DNA of 63,992 nt, the filler included, from Reticulomyxa filosa (Eukaryota > Protista > Foraminifera), in assembly GCA_000512085.1 (NCBI GenBank). It is 16 parts of 16 records of this genome, joined end to end, with 100 filler letters (N's around TTAATTAATTAA, not from the genome) between each part and the next. Parts side by side here need not be neighbours in the genome. Positions count along the whole stretch, not along the records: positions 1 to 21,201 come from ASPP01005800.1; 15 more parts are not named here. One strand, written 5' to 3'. Under the pieces are notes generated by a model. That model searched no databases. It saw only the letters and a program-made list of their open reading frames with translations, and was not told the origin of the DNA. A program made the position numbers and the translations under genes. The stretch's first letter is position 1, and the number at the start of each line of letters is the position of its first letter. Below, piece by piece: positions 1 to 12,256 of the stretch.

Positions 1-26
1 TTTTTTTTTTTTTGAAAAAAAAAAAG

Positions 27-2681
27 ATATGTACATCTTATGCCGATAATGCCACGGTAGTGGGTATTACCACAGTAGAGAGAGAGAACGCTTCTTGTAT
101 CGCGAACGCAAGGAAGACGTTTGTGAGCGAAGACAAGCTCTCCGCAATATCGATGATCCAACACAAGTATGGCATCAACGACGTGAAAAGACATTCGCTG
201 TTGAATTGGCTGGACGACGTGATCAAAGACTTGAATGATCGCAGTGGAGGTCGCATCGTGACAAAGTACACTGGCCAAGTCGCGCTGTGGAACGACATGC
301 AAGAAGAGAGCAAGAAGACGATCAAAAGCCACTTGTTCGTGATCCCATTAATCTTGCTCATTTTCGGATACACCATTGGCAGTTGGAGACTGACACTCAT
401 CCCCATCGTCGCCATGTTGATCTGTGTCAGTCTGGCATTCATGATGATGTTACCATTCACAGATATATTCACCGTGTCCACAATGACGCCGACTATTATG
501 ACGAGCATCTCGTTGGCAATGTGCATTGACTACAACTTGTTTATGCTGATCCGCTTTCGCGAAGAGGTGGGAGACGAACGAGAGGTGCTGAAGATGTCCG
601 AGGTGTTTAATGCATTGCATAAGACTGTCAACTGGAGTGGACACGTCGTTTTGGTCAGTGGCTTTATCTTGGCCCTGTCACTCATGGGTTACATTTTCTG
701 TTCCATCGAGTTTCTCAAGTCCTACGGACTGGGCGCCGCCATCGCCGTCGGCTGTGCCATTGCTATCAATTTGACGCTCACGCCGGCCCTCTTGTTGCTT
801 GCTCCGCGCTTCTTCACGCAATTCGGGTTCAATTGTCGACTCACCACTATCATTGATGATCTTGACGAGCCACAGGGTATGTACAAACACTTTGCCCAAA
901 GGGGGGGAGAAGTTTTAAACAAACAAAAAAAAAAAATGAATAAACAAATATATACATATATATATAATATATATGTATATATTTGTTTATTCACTTTTGT
1001 TTATGCACTTTTATGTATGCACTTTTATGTATGCACTTTTGTTTATTCATTCATTTGAACAGAAGCTTCAGCGGAAGAGACACTCGGAGGAGGGGATTAT
1101 GGGACCAACCAAAATGAGACATTGTCGAATGAGCCAGAACAAAGCATACAAGAAAAAGAACATTCGGAAACAGAGGTGTCAGCGACAGCAGACGAGAAAG
1201 TAACAAAAGGGGCAATGGAAAATGGAAATGGAAACAAAGACGACAGAATACAAAGCGTCGTCCAAAGACACATCCGCATTGATATCGAAAGTGGACGATG
1301 AGCATATTGGAATAAGAGACAACGATGATCCCTTTCATCCATTTGAGATAACGGCGGCGGACGAGGCCAACTATTTCAAAAGTGTTGGTTCGTGTGCGGC
1401 ACGTGGACGACGTTGTTTCCATGTTCGTTATTGATCATCATTTTGGTGTATGCATTGATATTGCCAATAGCAATAGTGACGAAGGACATTGAAATTTCGT
1501 ATGCACAGACATTGGACATGCCACGTGACTCGACACATTGGAAGACGTTTCATCGAGTTAGCGAGCATTTCAGCAGTGGTTTGATTGGTCCAATGTACAT
1601 ATTAATCCGTGCCCCTTCCGGAGTGAACGTATTCAATTACTCGTATATTAACGATACGGCATTATTTTTCCAAGACGTGTTGTCGCAGTTGAATGACACG
1701 GTCGGACAAGTCGACCATGTGCGCGGTGTGTCGGTGGTCGGCGGACAATATTTGGGTGGTAAGAATCACAATGTCACGCAGTCCACGTATCAGTCTTCGT
1801 ATGCGAAGAGCAAGCTGTATCATGCATTGGTCGACAGCTACGTCGGCCAACATAACGCTGAGTCATACTTTGTGATGTTAACACACAACGATCCAAATGG
1901 CATGGATTGCAAACGCATTGTCAACCATATTCGAGACGTTATCAATCCAACGTGTAAACGACAGCTCAAACCATTGGGCTATCAATGCTATTATTACAGC
2001 AATTCCGCAAAGACGGTCGATGCCATTGATGACTTGTATCGCACATTCCCCTGGATTTTATTCATCACTATGATCTTCATCTTCTTAATCGCTGGTCTGA
2101 TTTGGAGAAATATGTTCTTACCTTTGCGTCTGTTCCTTACCATTGCCATGCCCATGTTCATGATCTACGGTCTTACTGTGCTCGTGTTTCAACACGGCTG
2201 GCTGTCCTGGCTTCACTCCAAGAGTGTCGATGACACCCATGGCATTGCCTGGATCATTCCTCTCATGACCATCACTCTCCTCTTTGGCTTGGCCTTGGAC
2301 TACGATATCTTTCTCTGGTCCAGAATCGACGAATACATGAAACATGGCATTCCTTTGCGTCCTGCTATTGTGCGTGGCGTCTTCAAAACTGGATCCATCA
2401 TCACTGCTGCTGGTCTCATCATGGCTTGTGCGTTCTCGGGCTTACTCTTGTCCACTGTTCCTGCTCTCAATCAGGCCGGCTTCATCTTGGTCGCCTCTGT
2501 CTTGGTTGACACCTTCATCATTCGCACCTCGTTGGTCCCTTCCATTCTCAGCATTTCTCTCAATGTCACGTGGCATCCCAAATGGCAGCAGCGGATCTAT
2601 CATCTTCTTGGATGGTCTGTCCCTCACACTGATACTGACACTGACACTCAAGAAACTGCTCGGCTGCTCCATAGTGAATAA
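27..2681 (+). CDS. MMPL/RND-family membrane transporter, 5'-partial, one clear intron (877-1062), apparent frameshifts near 1220 and 1383
   Basis: Two hydrophobic halves with MmpL motifs: SLAMCIDYNLFMLIRFREE and SGHVVLVSG (ORF 12..1058); FGLALDYDIFLWSRIDE, GSIITAAGLIMACAF and VDTFIIRTSLVP (ORF 1392..2681). GT donor at 877, AG acceptor at 1062. Confidence 0.85.
937..993. repeat. Perfect 27-bp inverted repeat (3-nt loop) in an intron
   Basis: tgaataaacaaatatatacatatatat (937-963) is the exact reverse complement of 967-993. Confidence 0.95.
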
Positions 2682-3095
2682 TCAATCATATTCCTTTCTT
2701 TCTTTTCATTTGGCTCTACGGGTTATTTCATTCAATTGTACATCATTTCAACCATTTCTTTGCAAAAAAAAAAAAAAATTTGCTTCAAACATTTTGGATT
2801 TTTTGTTGCATAATTGGGTAACTTGTTCCGGTGAATTTTTTTACGGTCATTTATGGTTCTGTTTTTTAAACAAAGCTTTTGTTTTGTTAATGGCATCTTT
2901 GCTCTTTTGTCATCAAAGACACTTCATTTTGCACATAAAAAGTAACTTCAATTTAATCATTCATTTTAGTCAGAGTGGCAAATACTCTTTTGCCATAAGA
3001 CTTACCTTATTTTACTATGTACTAAGGCAGCTATACAGAACATCAACTTTTTAAAAAGGTTTGAGACTGGGAGGGAAAAAGACGAAATTTAAGAC

Positions 3096-5794
3096 ATGTC
3101 AAAATTGCCAGAAACAAATGTTACTCCTGACCAACAAAAGGATGGTGCTCAATTGTCCATGGTGCCTGAAGAAGAGAAAACAGCAGATATCCCCAACCCA
3201 AATGTTCCAAACCCTCGTTCTCGGCATTATAGTGAATTTCAGCATGCTCAACTCACCCGTCAACAAAGTGACAGCATGAGCACTTCACATAGCAAATCAA
3301 GGTCACAAGAAGTTATATCTTTGAGTCATGCAAATAAAGTCAATTCAAGTGCGAATAATGCGTACAAATCAAACTTAGCGTCAAGACCACAAGAACCAGA
3401 TAACCTTCAAAGCAAATTCATAGGCGATGCAATTAATCTCTTCTCCAGAAAAAAGGTTAATTCAAAAAGTATACACATAGTGCACACATAGATCATATTG
3501 TAAGGCATTTATTCAAAGAAATAGTGTATCCTATTGAAAGGGAAATGTTTATTTATGTGTGTGGTGTATGTGTACGTGTGAAATCTTCAGCAAAATAACC
3601 CAAACGAAGAAAACAACGCCGAGCACGAAACCAAGGAAATGAGTATCGGCAGACCAATGAATGTGCAACACCTGATCCATGTCGCATGGGATGAAAAATC
3701 AAAATCTTACACAGTTTAGTGTGGTTTTGCAAATACACAAAACTCTTACTTTTTTAATACCACGACAATATGCCAAATATGCTGACTGCACCTATTTCTT
3801 TTTTTTTTTTCCTCCCCCCCTTGTTTTTTTTTCAATGTACGTATACAAGGGGAAAAAAAAACAACATTAAAACAAGGTTTCTATTGTGATTACTTTGACA
3901 TTGTGTACTAACTACGTAAATGAGAGAAAAAAATAATAATAATAACAAAACAAAAAAAAAAAAAGGGATTGCCAGAGGTTTGGCAGGCAGTGATTCCTCA
4001 ATCAAGAACAGTGACAACAGACAGTCTTCCCGTCTCAATTCCAGAACCGAACTTTACTCGCAAAATTAGTGCGCCTCCACTAAGTGCCGCCCTTGGTGGC
4101 ATCGTATCGGGTCCCTCGATGGAAAGGCGTAGGAGCTCGCTGACAGTGGTTTCCACGGCCGCAAATGTCAATGGTAATGCAAGTGCACCAACCACACGGT
4201 CATCCATCGCAGCCAATGGGGCACCGTCCAATCCAAATGCGTCATTTATAAGCAGTTCCACTTCGACTAGCAATAATGGAAACAACACCAATTTAGGCTC
4301 AATCTCAAGTTCCAATTTGAACAATGTCAACTCTGGTGTGAATTCCAACGTGGTCACCACAAACCCCATTCCATTTGTAATATCTTCCGTCCACGACATA
4401 AGTGCTGTCGACATTCCTGAAGTTTTCCTTCCACATGAAATGAAAAAGGGAGAGAGAGAGAACGCACACAAAAAAAGGACTACGTGGGGACAACAAAGAC
4501 TTTGAATAGATACAACGTATCCACACACGCACACATACAACATACAACAAAAAAAAAAAGCAAGCGTTGCCTCCGCCGGGACCTCGTGTGTTTGTCGGAC
4601 CGCGCCCAAACAAAGACACAAAACCCAATATCGACTTGGATTTGGGAATGGACTTCCACGGCCTGATGCCAAACCAGGTCATGAGCGTGGCAGAATATCT
4701 TCAGCATATTGGCTTTGACGATTTGCAAAAAACAATGACTGTGATGCAAATACGCCGAGAATTTTATATTAAAATGGGCTTTTCCAAACGCAATCTTTTA
4801 TTGGATGTCCCTAGAGCTATCCAAAGATTCATCATGTCTTATTTGGAAACGCGCTCCTTTTTAAGGACATGCATCACCTGTTCGGACCTCGCCTCTTTTT
4901 TGGATGATCCTTACATTTGGAGAATTTTGGTCTTATATACTGCAAAAGTGCAAGGTACCTTTCCATTTACGTTAAGCATTATGCTTTTTGTTACTTTTTT
5001 TTTTGGGAAAAAAAAGGTACATTGCATGAAACTTTTGTGTTGCGACATCGCGGATGGAAAGCAACGTGCTTAACAATGAACAAAATCGACAAAGATCCTC
5101 GCTATTATGATCATGTTTGGAATGTAGTGGTCGCGGGAGATGTGAAAGTGGGCCAAGAGCGATTGGTGGTGACTCTGGGAAAACACTGGCGATGCCGCTT
5201 AACGAATATCGAACCTGTCGTTTCTGCAGTGAATGGAACCTATCGCTTCGGTATTGATTTTGTTGTTCGCAGAGTGGTTATGAAAGAGTTGGTTATCAAG
5301 CTTCAAGTGTGGGATGGTGGTAATGTCATGGCGGACGCGCAATTACTGCAATCTGTTCACATCTTTTTAGTGTTGTTCGATGTCACTAATCAAGAAAGCT
5401 ACAATCGTGTTTCCTCTGTCGTTCGAGCTATGATGGAGCTTGTCCGAAATGCGTTTTAGTTGTATTCGCTTTTCTGCTGTTTACTTTGCCACTTTGTCTT
5501 GGTGTCAGCTCCAATGTAGACTCTGTTTTTATGAATAGGATGGCGGAAGATGTGCAACTGATGATGGTCGGAAACACTACCAATCACCCTGAGAAGCGCG
5601 TCATATCCTATGAGTCGGCCAAAAGATTTGCAAATGAACGAGGGCTTATGTATATCGAGGCCAACACGGACCATCCTGAATCTGTTAACAAAGCCTTTGT
5701 CACTTTGGCCACTGAATGCATCAACTTTTCCAAAATTCAAATGCGACAGCAAGGTGCAAATACTAAAAATCGAACCAATTGTTCTGTAATGTGA
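3096..5794 (+). CDS. Six-exon protein: CRIB/PBD, N/S-rich linker, LisH-like motif, F-box, degenerate Rab-like GTPase, CaaX
   Basis: Exons 3096-3455, 3591-3713, 3966-4421, 4561-4954, 5017-5452 and 5539-5794 join in frame at GT-AG. Motifs: SIGRPMNVQHLIHVAWD..YT|GLPEVW (PBD), VAEYLQHIGF (LisH-like), LLDVPRAIQRFIMSYL..DDPYIWR (F-box), GIDF..IKLQVWD, FDVTNQESY, C-terminal CSVM. Confidence 0.8.
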
Positions 5795-6956
5795 GAACGT
5801 CATATATATACATATATATCTTGTTAGGCAAGAACCTAGTTTTGGTTGGAGTTCTTCTTTCCTTTCTCTTTTTTCTCGTTTTCATCCGATTTCCCAGAGT
5901 TTCATGCTTTCTTTGTGCATGATAGTAAGAGCAAGAGAAACCATTTTTGTATTTTGCATACAAATGAAAACGAGGTTGTCAAATTGCAATACGAGTGTGC
6001 GTTGTTTCAAGTTTTATTTCAAAGATTTAATGTAAAAGAGGACAATTATGCAAACTTTTAGCGTTTGAACGCAATGCCACATTTTCCAGCATTTTAATGA
6101 CTCCCTTAGTTGTTGATGAGCATAAAAAGGAATTAGTCAATGCTTTACAGTGTCATGATTCATTAAGTTACATTTTAATTCAATAAGAGGTTACATAAAC
6201 TACTATAATTTTTTATTAAGTTTCTCCCGCTTTGACATAAAAGTTTTTGAGTAAACGAACGGTGCGGAGCTGAAGCTGAGATGCATATCAAGTCCAATTC
6301 TTTCCAGTCAAAAAAAGTATTCATATTACTACAATAACTGTTCAACAGATTAAATTGATTAAATTCAAATTTGCTAATTTATTGTAACGCTCTGTTTCTC
6401 TTTTTTAAGAAATGAGAAAGTAGCCCTTTTGACGTCGGAACCTTCGCAGCACTCTGTATTATCTCTCGTTGTTGATCATAATTTTTTCAATTTGGGAAAA
6501 AAAAATGCTTGATTAGTCAAAAACGAATGATCACAATTATCAAAATTGATGGTAGCGAGTCGTTCATGTTCTCCTTTTTCAAACAAACAAAAGAGATTTA
6601 CTGGAAAAAAACATAAGTATTTTCAGTAACGAAGAATATCCTTTGTAGAAAAAAAATGGCTAAATTTTTCTTTTCAACTTTAAATATGAAATTTTTAAAT
6701 AAGATAGATATAGACTTTCAATTTTTATATTGAACTCAAGAGTTGGTCTTGACTATTTCCTTGGCAATGTAGGCAGATCTAGATAATGCTTAGTGCTTTG
6801 GAAGATTCAAATCAAAATAATACTGGAGCCTTGAAGAACCTCAATCAAAGGCGGTCCCAACAATTTAATATACCGTTTATCGAAGACTACAGATTCAAAA
6901 AAAAGATTGAATTCAAACAAAAAAAGTTAAACAAGGTGATCGACATTGATAAAGAT

Positions 6957-9683
6957 TTAAACCGAAACAGCATTTTCCCAGTCAATGACAAGTATCTCTT
7001 TTCGTCGTTTCAAAGGCAAAATATGAATTTGATAAAGTGTAATGACGACGAGACGCTTGTACATTTGACACAAATTGGCAAAGTCTTGTTTACACTCAGT
7101 AGTTTGAGTTTGTGGTTGAATAACATTCAACCACAGTAATTTATGTATTTGTTGATCAAATTGACATTCAAAGACAAATTCAAATTTGTTGGTTTCACCA
7201 ATACTGACAACCCCCTTTTCATCGCTAAGAAGACTGTTGTCTTCTCCAAACAAGTGCTGATAGCACACCAATTTTCCGGAATAAAATCCAAACAACACAT
7301 ATACATTTCCGTGGATCACTTGAGTGCTACAGCACAGCACACTGTCACAACAGCCCAGTCCAAGTCCAACATTGAAATTCAGACCCGTGGCACTACTGTT
7401 GTCACCGCAAGCGGATGACAGCCGTTGGTTTTCCAATAAAAAGCTTGAAGCCACATGTTTCTTCAGAAAATGGCACGATTGCGTGGACAGCCCTTCCTTT
7501 AGAATATTGTCAAATACCACGCAATAGCCCACGCACATACCGACACACAATGACAGTGTGACGTCCATGGGCTGTTCATCGTTGATCGAGTCCAGACTGT
7601 CGATGGATTGATCCGAATACAGCAGTTCGATTGTTGGCGTTTGGTAAATGCGAAGACATGACACAGGTCCGTTCATTTGCGTGTTGTACACTTTTGTGAA
7701 AAGCTTTGGACTGTCTTTGTTTTTGTCATGTTTGCTGGTTCGAATCGAGAGTTTTATAAATCCATCTTGGCATGCAACGATGCAAACAATATACTGGTTG
7801 CATTTCATTGTATCCATACATAATATTCTAACATGTATCATTACAACAATATACAAGATTCATTTTACAAGTTTTAAAATAATTATTATAATTTTTAAAA
7901 AAGTCATACGGAGTGTTGAGCTTTCTCATTTCGGGTACTGGAAACTCATTGGCAGGGACTAATTTCAATCGGGTTATGTGATGTTCATCTACCGTCTACA
8001 AAAAATAAAAATCACAAAGATAAGACTGACTTCATTAAACACGAGTATATAAATTAACTGTGCAAAACGCATGTAATTGATCGTCTCCAAAAACGAACAA
8101 ATAAGATTGGTCAAACACATTCCTTGGGTTCAATAACACACACACATAAATCGTGTTGACAGTATCATAATCCAATCACAACACAACAAAACTTGGAATA
8201 ATGAAGACCAAATGGAATAAAATACAAAGGGATAATTTGACAATCATCGGTAAAGATGTTGGAGGATCGAAAATTTTGGCTGTGAAATAAATATACGTTC
8301 AAATAATAATAGGGTACATTGGATCGATCTTTCCAAGTACTTTTTTTGAAGTCATCTTTTGCTGAATGCTCCGAGGTTGCTCCAGCTTCATTTTTTTTGT
8401 CGTCTTCCTTTTCGACATATTTCTCGTCATTCGTGCTCTCTTTATTGATCTCTTTCTTTTCCATGCTGTTGCTATTGACTCCATTCTTCAACGCCTCCGT
8501 CAAATAGCTGCTACCTTGATTGGGATATCCAGTATGACACCACGTGACACACACCAACGTTTCGCTCTCTGGAAGGCCATGTCCATCGAGACACTGGATG
8601 GCACAAATCCTGATTTCTTTGCAGTCCTCTTTGGGCAACGCATGTCCAACTGTGCGTTCCATCACGGGGGAGCTTTTCGAAAACGATACGTTATTCCATT
8701 GACGAGACTTGTTGTTGTAAATGTAGATCATATCACCGTTCGACCACGTGTGTTCATTGTGATTGGATTCTTCTACATATATTGTGTCATAGGGTTTCAA
8801 TCATATAGAGTCAATATACAAACAAATACATAAAAAATGTTATTTGTATTTTCCAAAATTGAGTTCCAAACTTCGAGACAAAGTGTCAAGGAAATTGCCA
8901 TTGACAAATTCTCCACACTTTGTTTTGTGCATATTCCAATGTCGTCGCACGCCTGCGGACGCAACAAAGAGCCACTCGTCGTTCCAACAATCAGCCGAGT
9001 GGACATTTGTATACATGTACACGGGCATGGTGTAAAACTCGTACTCGTGCGAGGCCCGCAGATCCAAGTCGACCGTGTCCTCGGCGCTGTGAACCCATAC
9101 GCGCGGGTATTTTTGTTGTGCAAAGTTTTCGTGGTAATAGTGTCTTTCATACGATGTCTGCAAATATGCGTCCGTTTGGCTCTTCTTTTTATTGTCCAGC
9201 CATTTCTTTAATGTATGTGTTTACACACAAATGCAAATACAAATACACGTGCATATACACATGTGCATCTATGTATACATGTATATGTATATGTATATGT
9301 GTATATTATATTGTATATTGTATGGCATTGTACTGCTATTGTGCATGCACGTACAATTAGTGTTATCTGTGGAATGGGTATCGGATACAACACATGGAAT
9401 ATACACATGCTCTCTTTCAAACTGAAAATAGATCGTTGTTGAAATGCCACAGCGCGTTTGGCTTCGAAGTGGTGGTCACTTTGACGCAACAAGACCGCGG
9501 ACAAGAGTTGCTCGACTGCGAATTGGCCGACGAGGATGATTGGCTCTGGAGATAATAGCCCGTGGAGTCGTACAAATCATCAAACGCAAAGGGATCACTG
9601 TACGTGTCTTTGTGTTGATATCTATGACCATGGACTTCGCTCGTCGTAAGGTCCTTTGATTTTTTGCGCATCGACGACGGCAC
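6957..9683 (-). CDS. KPTN: Kaptin (KICSTOR subunit)-like beta-propeller protein, multi-exon
   Basis: Ordered motifs recalled from Kaptin: YTNVHS, ICAIQCL..LVCVTW, YLNVY, CQIIPLYFIPFGL, YLFVFGDDQLH, CQDGFIKL, NGPVSCLRIY, FDNILKEGL, DSVLC, GKLVCY, LVVITLYQIHIL. Confidence 0.75.
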
Positions 9684-10170
9684 TACATTCGAGCATTTTT
9701 TTTATTTTAAAGTAAGGATTACATATACATATATCATTTTTTTGTTGTTTGGTAATGTGATCAAATATTGGCAGTTGTGAGGATTTGTTGGGACAAAACG
9801 GCAAATATCAGACAATGTCGACGATATAGCAGTGACCAAAGGAGGCGGAGAGGACGATGTGGGTTTGAGCTGGGGCGAGGTCGCCAATGGCGTCAACAAC
9901 GGAATAATTGTGTGTGTATCGACAGTATTCTCTTGAACAGGGGAGGTGCTGTCGCTTAATACGTTTTCATGTTCATCTTGCTTTTTCCTTTTTGTGTGCG
10001 CTTCGCTTCGTCGCGACGGGGTCCAATTGACTGTTTGTCGATCTCCGTCGCTTTACACACCAATGTCACGTTTTTTTCCATCTTTCTTTTGAATCACCCC
10101 TTTTGCACACGTCGTCTTTCAACATTTTAAAAAAAATACACAAAGGAATGCACGATGAATGTCACAAACA

Positions 10171-10774
10171 TTACTTTGCAAAGTATTTGTCTTGGATATT
10201 TTGCGTCATCGCCACGTCGATTTGCGTGGACTGCTCTGCGAGACATGCGTCGTCTGACAAAGGTGTACGTGGGAGGAACGTGCGGGAGGACGGACACGAC
10301 AGAAATCGATGAATTTTCGCTGTGTTGTCGTATACTTCAGGTGCTGTCTTTTTTTTATCTTTTTTTTTTAAAAAATACAAGGTTCATTCGATGATGGTAA
10401 TCCCTTTTCAATAAAAAAATTTCTTTTTTTCGATCCCTTTCTATCTTACCCTTCTTTTTGAGGCCGGCTCCGGTACCTTTGAGCTGAAGCGCACTCGGCG
10501 AAAAACGATACAACATATTGTCATCTTTAAAATTATGGTTTTGATTCACGTGCTGAATCAAACCCAAACGAACTAGTTGACGTCCTATTGTCGCCGCTTC
10601 TTCTCGTGTCTTCGAGTATCCCTTATTTATTAGCCAATCTACACATTCCTTGCCGACAAAACATTGTTTATGAGTTCGCAAATGATACACTCTATCTTTT
10701 ATATCTAGGCCTCGTATTAAATGTTCAACTAAATCTGCTGAGATTAATACCTCTCTTTTTTTTGATGTGGACAT
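10171..10774 (-). CDS. DEP-domain exon(s), possibly the 5' end of the Kaptin-like gene
   Basis: IKDRVYHLRTHKQCFVGKECVDWL..TREEAATIGRQLVRLGLIQHVNQNHNFKDDNMLYRF is a canonical DEP domain. GTAAGA donor at 10449 joins an in-phase acceptor at 10344. Confidence 0.85.
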
Positions 10775-11273
10775 TGTTTGTGTTGATTTTATTTCAACAA
10801 GGTTTTTTTGTTTTTTGAAAAAGGTCCACTCTTGTTAACTTCTGCCAAACTTTTTGAAATCTATATCATCAAAGACAATAGTCTTGAAATGAATGTAGGA
10901 ACATTATCCATTTTCGCTTGCCTCTAAATGAAAAACTATTAAATAAGTTGTAAATATTGTCAAAGTCACAAGAAGGTTATTCTAACTGCTGAGTCAATAA
11001 TACTCAAATAGCTGTTGGCAGATCATTTTAAAAAATTTTTGGCTTGGAAAGGGAAAAAAAAGAGCTACTCTAAGAAAAAAGTTCATAGAAATTTTTTTAT
11101 GAAGAGAAATTTCATGGCCACATAGGTCAAGAAATTTTTGGAAATTTCAATATTTTACTAGTAAAACAAAACGCAAAAAATCTTCCGATTTTGTCACTCA
11201 GTCACTTGCAAATGGAATCCCCACAAAAGAAACTTGAAAATCAAAATCTGGAAAAAAAACTAAAAAATGCCGT

Positions 11274-11958
11274 TTATTGAACGTCAACAGTAACATGTCC
11301 TTTGGAAGTGGGGCGTTGTTTCGGAATTGAAACATTTAGAACGCCGTTTTCAAATTTGGCAGCAATTCCGGACAAATCTTTGGCAACATCATCAGGCAAA
11401 ACCAATTGTCGCACAAAGTTTCCGTGATATCTTTCTTTTCTGTGGATTGTCTGGTTGGTGTCTTTCTCTTCTTTGAACTCTTTGCGCTCACCACTTATTT
11501 CTAAAACATTTCCTGTCCAATAAAATGTTATCTTTTAAAATATAGAGGGAGATAAAAAGCCCTCTAAATAAACAACGATTGAAAGTAAAGGCCTCACCTT
11601 TTAACAGTACTTTGATATCTTTCTTGTCGACACCAGGTAGATCACAGGATATTTTGTATTCGGAGTCTTTTTCAATCACATCTGTACTCATTGACGGGAA
11701 TTTGCTGAAATTTTCCGGCCAATTTTCAAAGAAATTATGGCGGAACAAGTTTGGGTAATCAAAATGGCGGAGAAGTGGATGATCAAATGGACCGAATAAG
11801 TCACGTCGTTCTTGAGATGGCGCCACCAAACTTTCTTTCGATTGCTCTTTTCCTGTTCCTTTGTTTGGTCTTATTATTGCCAATCCTCGGGCACAATATG
11901 GAGGCACATGATACCCCTTGTGCACACAGGCTCTGCGGAGAAGTAAGTTAAATTTCAT
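11274..11958 (-). CDS. Small heat-shock protein (HSP20/alpha-crystallin), 199 aa, two exons, likely organelle-targeted
   Basis: Exons 11958-11598 and 11512-11274 give DVIEKDSEYKISCDLPGVDKKDIKV..LEISGERK..ERYHGNFVRQLVLPDD..AKFENGVLNVSIPK. The N-terminus is basic and Arg-rich. Confidence 0.92.
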
Positions 11959-12256
11959 GATTTAAACGTAACAAATTGTTTGACGCAGAAAAAACAAACG
12001 AAAAATCTTTTTTTGAAGGGGAACCTGCCAGCTCCCATAAGAGCCGATCAAACTGTCACGCTTACAAACAGATTCGTAGAGATGTTGTTATACGCCTGTA
12101 AATTTATCCATTTTATCAACTAACTGACATTGCAAATTCAAAAATACGCTTGGTAGTATTTGATTGGCAGCTGCCTTCGGTTTTTTCTTTTTTAATGAGT
12201 TTTTGTTTTTTTATTTCCCAAAATTATTTTTTTGTCTCTAATCCTTGAATTTTAGA

